Assembly: GCF_006345805.1 (NCBI RefSeq)
Contig: NW_021835649.1
Location: forward strand, 1 to 26,274
Direction of reading: 5' to 3'
Length of the DNA: 26,274 nt
DNA from: Octopus sinensis
Lineage: Eukaryota
In this document: one piece after another, positions 23,600-26,274 of the stretch
Layout of the letters: every line of letters starts with the position of its first letter
Position numbering within the stretch: the stretch's first letter is position 1
The notes under the pieces: model-generated
What the model saw: only the letters and a program-made list of their open reading frames with translations
Database searches by the model: none
Told to the model about the DNA's origin: nothing
Position numbers and translations under genes: made by a program

Positions 23600-24240
23600 A
23601 GGTTTGTAGTTCTGGTGGTAGCGGCGGTGGTGGTGGTGTGGTGGTGGTGGTCGTGGTCGTCGTCGTCGTCGTCGTCGTGGCAGTAGTGGTACGTGGTGGT
23701 ATTAATAGTAGTCGTAGTTGCGGCGGAGGTGGTGGCAGTGGTAGTGCCGGGAATAGTGGTAGTATTGATGGTGGTGATGGTGGTCGTGGTGGTAATTATA
23801 GCGGTGGTGGTTGGTGGTGGTGATAGTGGTGGTGGTGGATGTTGGTGGTGGTGATGATAGTGGTGGTGGTGGTAGTGGTGGTGGTGGTGGTAGTAGTGGT
23901 GATGGTGGTGGTTGTGGTGGATGTTGGTGGTGATGGTGACAGTAGAGGTGATAGTGTTGGTGATAGTGTCTGTGGTAATGGTAATGGTAGTGGTGGTGGT
24001 AGTTGCGTAGGATGTTGGTGGTGATGGTGATAGTGGTGGTAATGGTGGTGGTGGTGGTAGTGGTGGTTGCAGTGGTGTTAGCGTTGCCGTTTTAATCATT
24101 CTGTTATAGTTGTTGTAACTGCTGCAGATTTTGCTGTTATGGACCTCATCATCATCATCGTCTTCGTCGTCGTCGTTGTCGTCGTTATCATTTTCAACAT
24201 CATCATCATCATCATCGTAGTTGTCATTGTTGTTGACATT
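23600..24240. repeat. Compound (GGT)n/(GTC)n/(GTA)n then (CAT)n/(CGT)n low-complexity region
   Basis: Directly visible; source of the poly-Val/Gly/Thr/His/Asp ORFs. Confidence 0.9.
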
Positions 24241-24269
24241 AATTGTCTTGTTGTTTTTTATACTTGCAA

Positions 24270-24443
24270 GGCGGCGAGCTGGCAAGCAGAATCGTTACCG
24301 CGTCGGACAAATTGTCTAGCGGAATTTCTTTCGGAGTCGATAAAAATAAGTACCAGTTAACCATTGGGGTCGTGGTAATCAACTTAACCACCTCCCTCTA
24401 CCCTGAAATTGCTAAACCTGAACCAAAATTTGAAACCAATATT
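24270..24443 (+). mobile_element. Older family A SINE with B-box region deleted
   Basis: GGCGGCGAGCTGGCA..GAATCGTTACCGCGTCGG..GCGGAATTTC joins directly to TTTCGGAGTCGATAAAAATAAGTACCAG; 3' end CCAAAATTTGAAACCAATATT. Confidence 0.85.
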
Positions 24444-24464
24444 CTTCCTGATGGTCTAGTGGCT

Positions 24465-24620
24465 GTTTTTGTTGTTGTTGCTGCTGCTGTCTTCTTCTTC
24501 TTCTTCTTCTTCTTCTTCTTCTTCTTCTTCTTCTTCTTCTTCTTCTTCTTCTTCTTCTTCTTCTTCTTCTTCTTCTTCTTCTTCTCTTCTTCTTCTTCTT
24601 CTTCTTCTTCTTCTTCTTCC
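24465..24620. repeat. (GTT)/(GCT) then long (CTT)n microsatellite
   Basis: Directly visible; source of the poly-F/K/E/S/R ORFs. Confidence 0.97.
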
Positions 24621-24689
24621 AATCAGGAAGCCATTAGCCACAAAGAATAATCTCTAATTCGAGCCTACTCTAAGCCACTAAGAATGCGT

Positions 24690-24760
24690 GTGGCAACTTG
24701 AAGATCCACCCACCAAACGCGATAGATTGGCGGTTGCGCGGGCGCGAAAGCTACGATGTT
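24690..24760 (+). promoter_or_regulatory. Candidate CpG-rich promoter element (CCAAT and E2F-like)
   Basis: Eight CpGs in 24718-24755 against an AT-rich background, reverse CCAAT box GATTGG at 24725 and GGCGCGAAA at 24741. Motif evidence only. Confidence 0.3.
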
Positions 24761-24829
24761 ATCCTCATTCCGTAAACTGTGGCTTTTAACGAGTGGAGAG
24801 CTGAACCATCCTGGGGTGACCGCAGTCTC

Positions 24830-24842
24830 ATGACTGAAAAAG
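24830..24842 (+). CDS. Candidate first coding micro-exon (MTEK, phase-1 donor)
   Basis: ATGACTGAAAAAG|GTAATG just downstream of the promoter-like patch. No homology support. Confidence 0.2.
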
Positions 24843-25025
24843 GTAATGAATAAAAGATAAAAATATACGCGCGTGTGTGTGTGTGTGTATGTATGTTTGT
24901 GTGTGTGTGTGTAAGAGTCTCTGTATACAGAGTTAGCTAGAGAGCTAAAGATAAGGTGGAGAATAGACAAACAGACAGACAGATAGACCGATAAAGAGAT
25001 TGACAGATCAATTGACAAGGAAATA

Positions 25026-25437
25026 TATTTCTTTACTGCCCACAAGGGGCTAAACACAGAGGGGACAAACAAGGACAGACAAAGGGATTAAATCGATTAC
25101 ATCGAACCCAGTGCGTTACTGGTACTTAATTTGTCGACCCCGAAAGGATGAAAGGCAAAGTCGACCTCAGAACTCAGAATTTGAACTCAGAACGTAACGG
25201 TAGACGAAATACCAATTTCTTTACTGCCCACAAGGGGCTAAACACAGAGAGGACAGACAATCGGATTAAGTCGATTATATCGACCCCAGTGCGTAACTGG
25301 TACTTAATTTATCGACCCCGAAAGGATGAAAGGCAAAGTCGACCTCGGCGGAATTTGAACTCACAACGACGTAACGGCAGACGAAATACCGCTAAGCATT
25401 TCGCCCGACGTGCTAACGTTTCTGCCAGCTCGCCGCC
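25026..25437 (-). mobile_element. Family A SINE, head plus two tandem units, with TSD
   Basis: Internal junction at 25213/25214; TSD TTGACAAGGAAATA at 25012-25025 and 25438-25451. Confidence 0.92.
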
Positions 25438-25976
25438 TTGACAAGGAAATAGAAAGAGACGTTAGATTGACACAAAATACGTAGAAGTCCGAAAATTGCC
25501 GAAATTGAAGTCCGAATATTGCCGAATTGTCTCTTTTATCTAACAAAAAGAAAAATTTAAAAATTTTTAAAAAAACAGAAAAAAATGAAAAATGTCTTTT
25601 TTCATCTTGAATTTTCTTTATTTTTTTTGCGATTTGCTCTCATTTTCAACATCCATTTTGTTTTGTTATTGTCTGTGTAGTCTTTTTTTTGTCTTGTTTT
25701 ATGGGGTATTTTCGGAATGGTGGAGGATTGTATTATTGTCTTTTATGTATTTCAAGTCGCCGTCCCTTATTTTATTCCTGAAAAATAAAAACCAATTCCA
25801 TCGCTAAGAGACAGACGACTTTGCGCAGAGTTTGTCCATCCACAAGAATCTTCGAATTATCATCAACGGTTTTCCTTATTTTTTTTTTAACCTTTTATAT
25901 TTAATTCAATTTAATTTTCATTTCATTTTATTTCTATTTCAATTTATTTATTTATTTATTTATTTATTTCCTTCAG

Positions 25977-26015
25977 CGAAAGTCTTGAAGTTAACGGATA
26001 AAAACCATTTCCCGG
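25977..26015 (+). CDS. Candidate 39-nt phase 1-1 micro-exon ((A)KVLKLTDKNHFP)
   Basis: Pyrimidine-rich acceptor TTTATTTCCTTCAG| and donor CGG|GTAATC. The only open frame is the one in phase with 24830-24842. Confidence 0.22.
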
Positions 26016-26274
26016 GTAATCAGACACACCTTTTCACCTAAAACCTAGTGTTTCGGTATCGCTGTTTCTTCGTTGACATGACCAGAGAAGCAATAGTAAT
26101 ACGGTTAATAATGGCCTTTTTTTTCTACGGGAGAGTTCACTTCTACACACACATACACACGTATTCCAACACACCACCGCCACTTCTCTCAATACCACCT
26201 CCGCCACCAAACGAGCAGACTATTTTTGTTCTAACTTTTATGTAATGGTCACCGTCGTGTCTTTTATTGGTCGA

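Noticed and set aside
23590-24285. 231-aa Asp/Pro/Thr/His-rich ORF that looks mucin-like
   Set aside because: It is made of compound trinucleotide repeats and begins inside a SINE head.
25484-25528. 23-bp tandem duplication GAAGTCCGAA(A/T)ATTGCCGAA(A)TT
   Set aside because: An isolated local duplication with no further structure.

Overview
AT-rich eukaryotic non-coding DNA, dominated by microsatellites and transposon relics. I infer a coleoid cephalopod, most likely Octopus, from the SINE families, Dong/R4-type LINEs and extreme microsatellite load. No intact host gene is recognisable, and almost all supplied ORFs are artefacts of (TA)n, (AAT)n, (CAT)n, (GGT)n or (CTT)n tracts. The only recognisable protein-coding sequence is two frameshifted Dong/R4-clade non-LTR retrotransposon fragments (6848-7368 and 7481-9190; the longer keeps the RT C-terminus, CCHC knuckle and restriction-like endonuclease). 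A third 3'UTR-only piece lies at 1249-1432. The rest is about 17 tRNA-derived SINE copies or fragments from three families, three hammerhead-like motifs in Penelope-like pieces, a probable Helentron-associated (HINE/DINE-1-like) element and an unclassified 550-bp insert in (AAT)n. The most notable structures are: (1) one SINE junction, AAAGAAAT(A/T)|GGTATTTCGTC, recurring at four loci, which suggests self-targeted or dimeric retroposition; (2) a 4.6-kb co-oriented stack of elements joined by AAT-type microsatellites; (3) a hidden degenerate ~80-90-bp tandem array at 19.2-21.2 kb interrupted by co-oriented SINEs; (4) a weak candidate promoter with two in-frame micro-exons at 24.7-26.0 kb. Family names are from recall, not database searches. 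Many single-base indels may be assembly errors.
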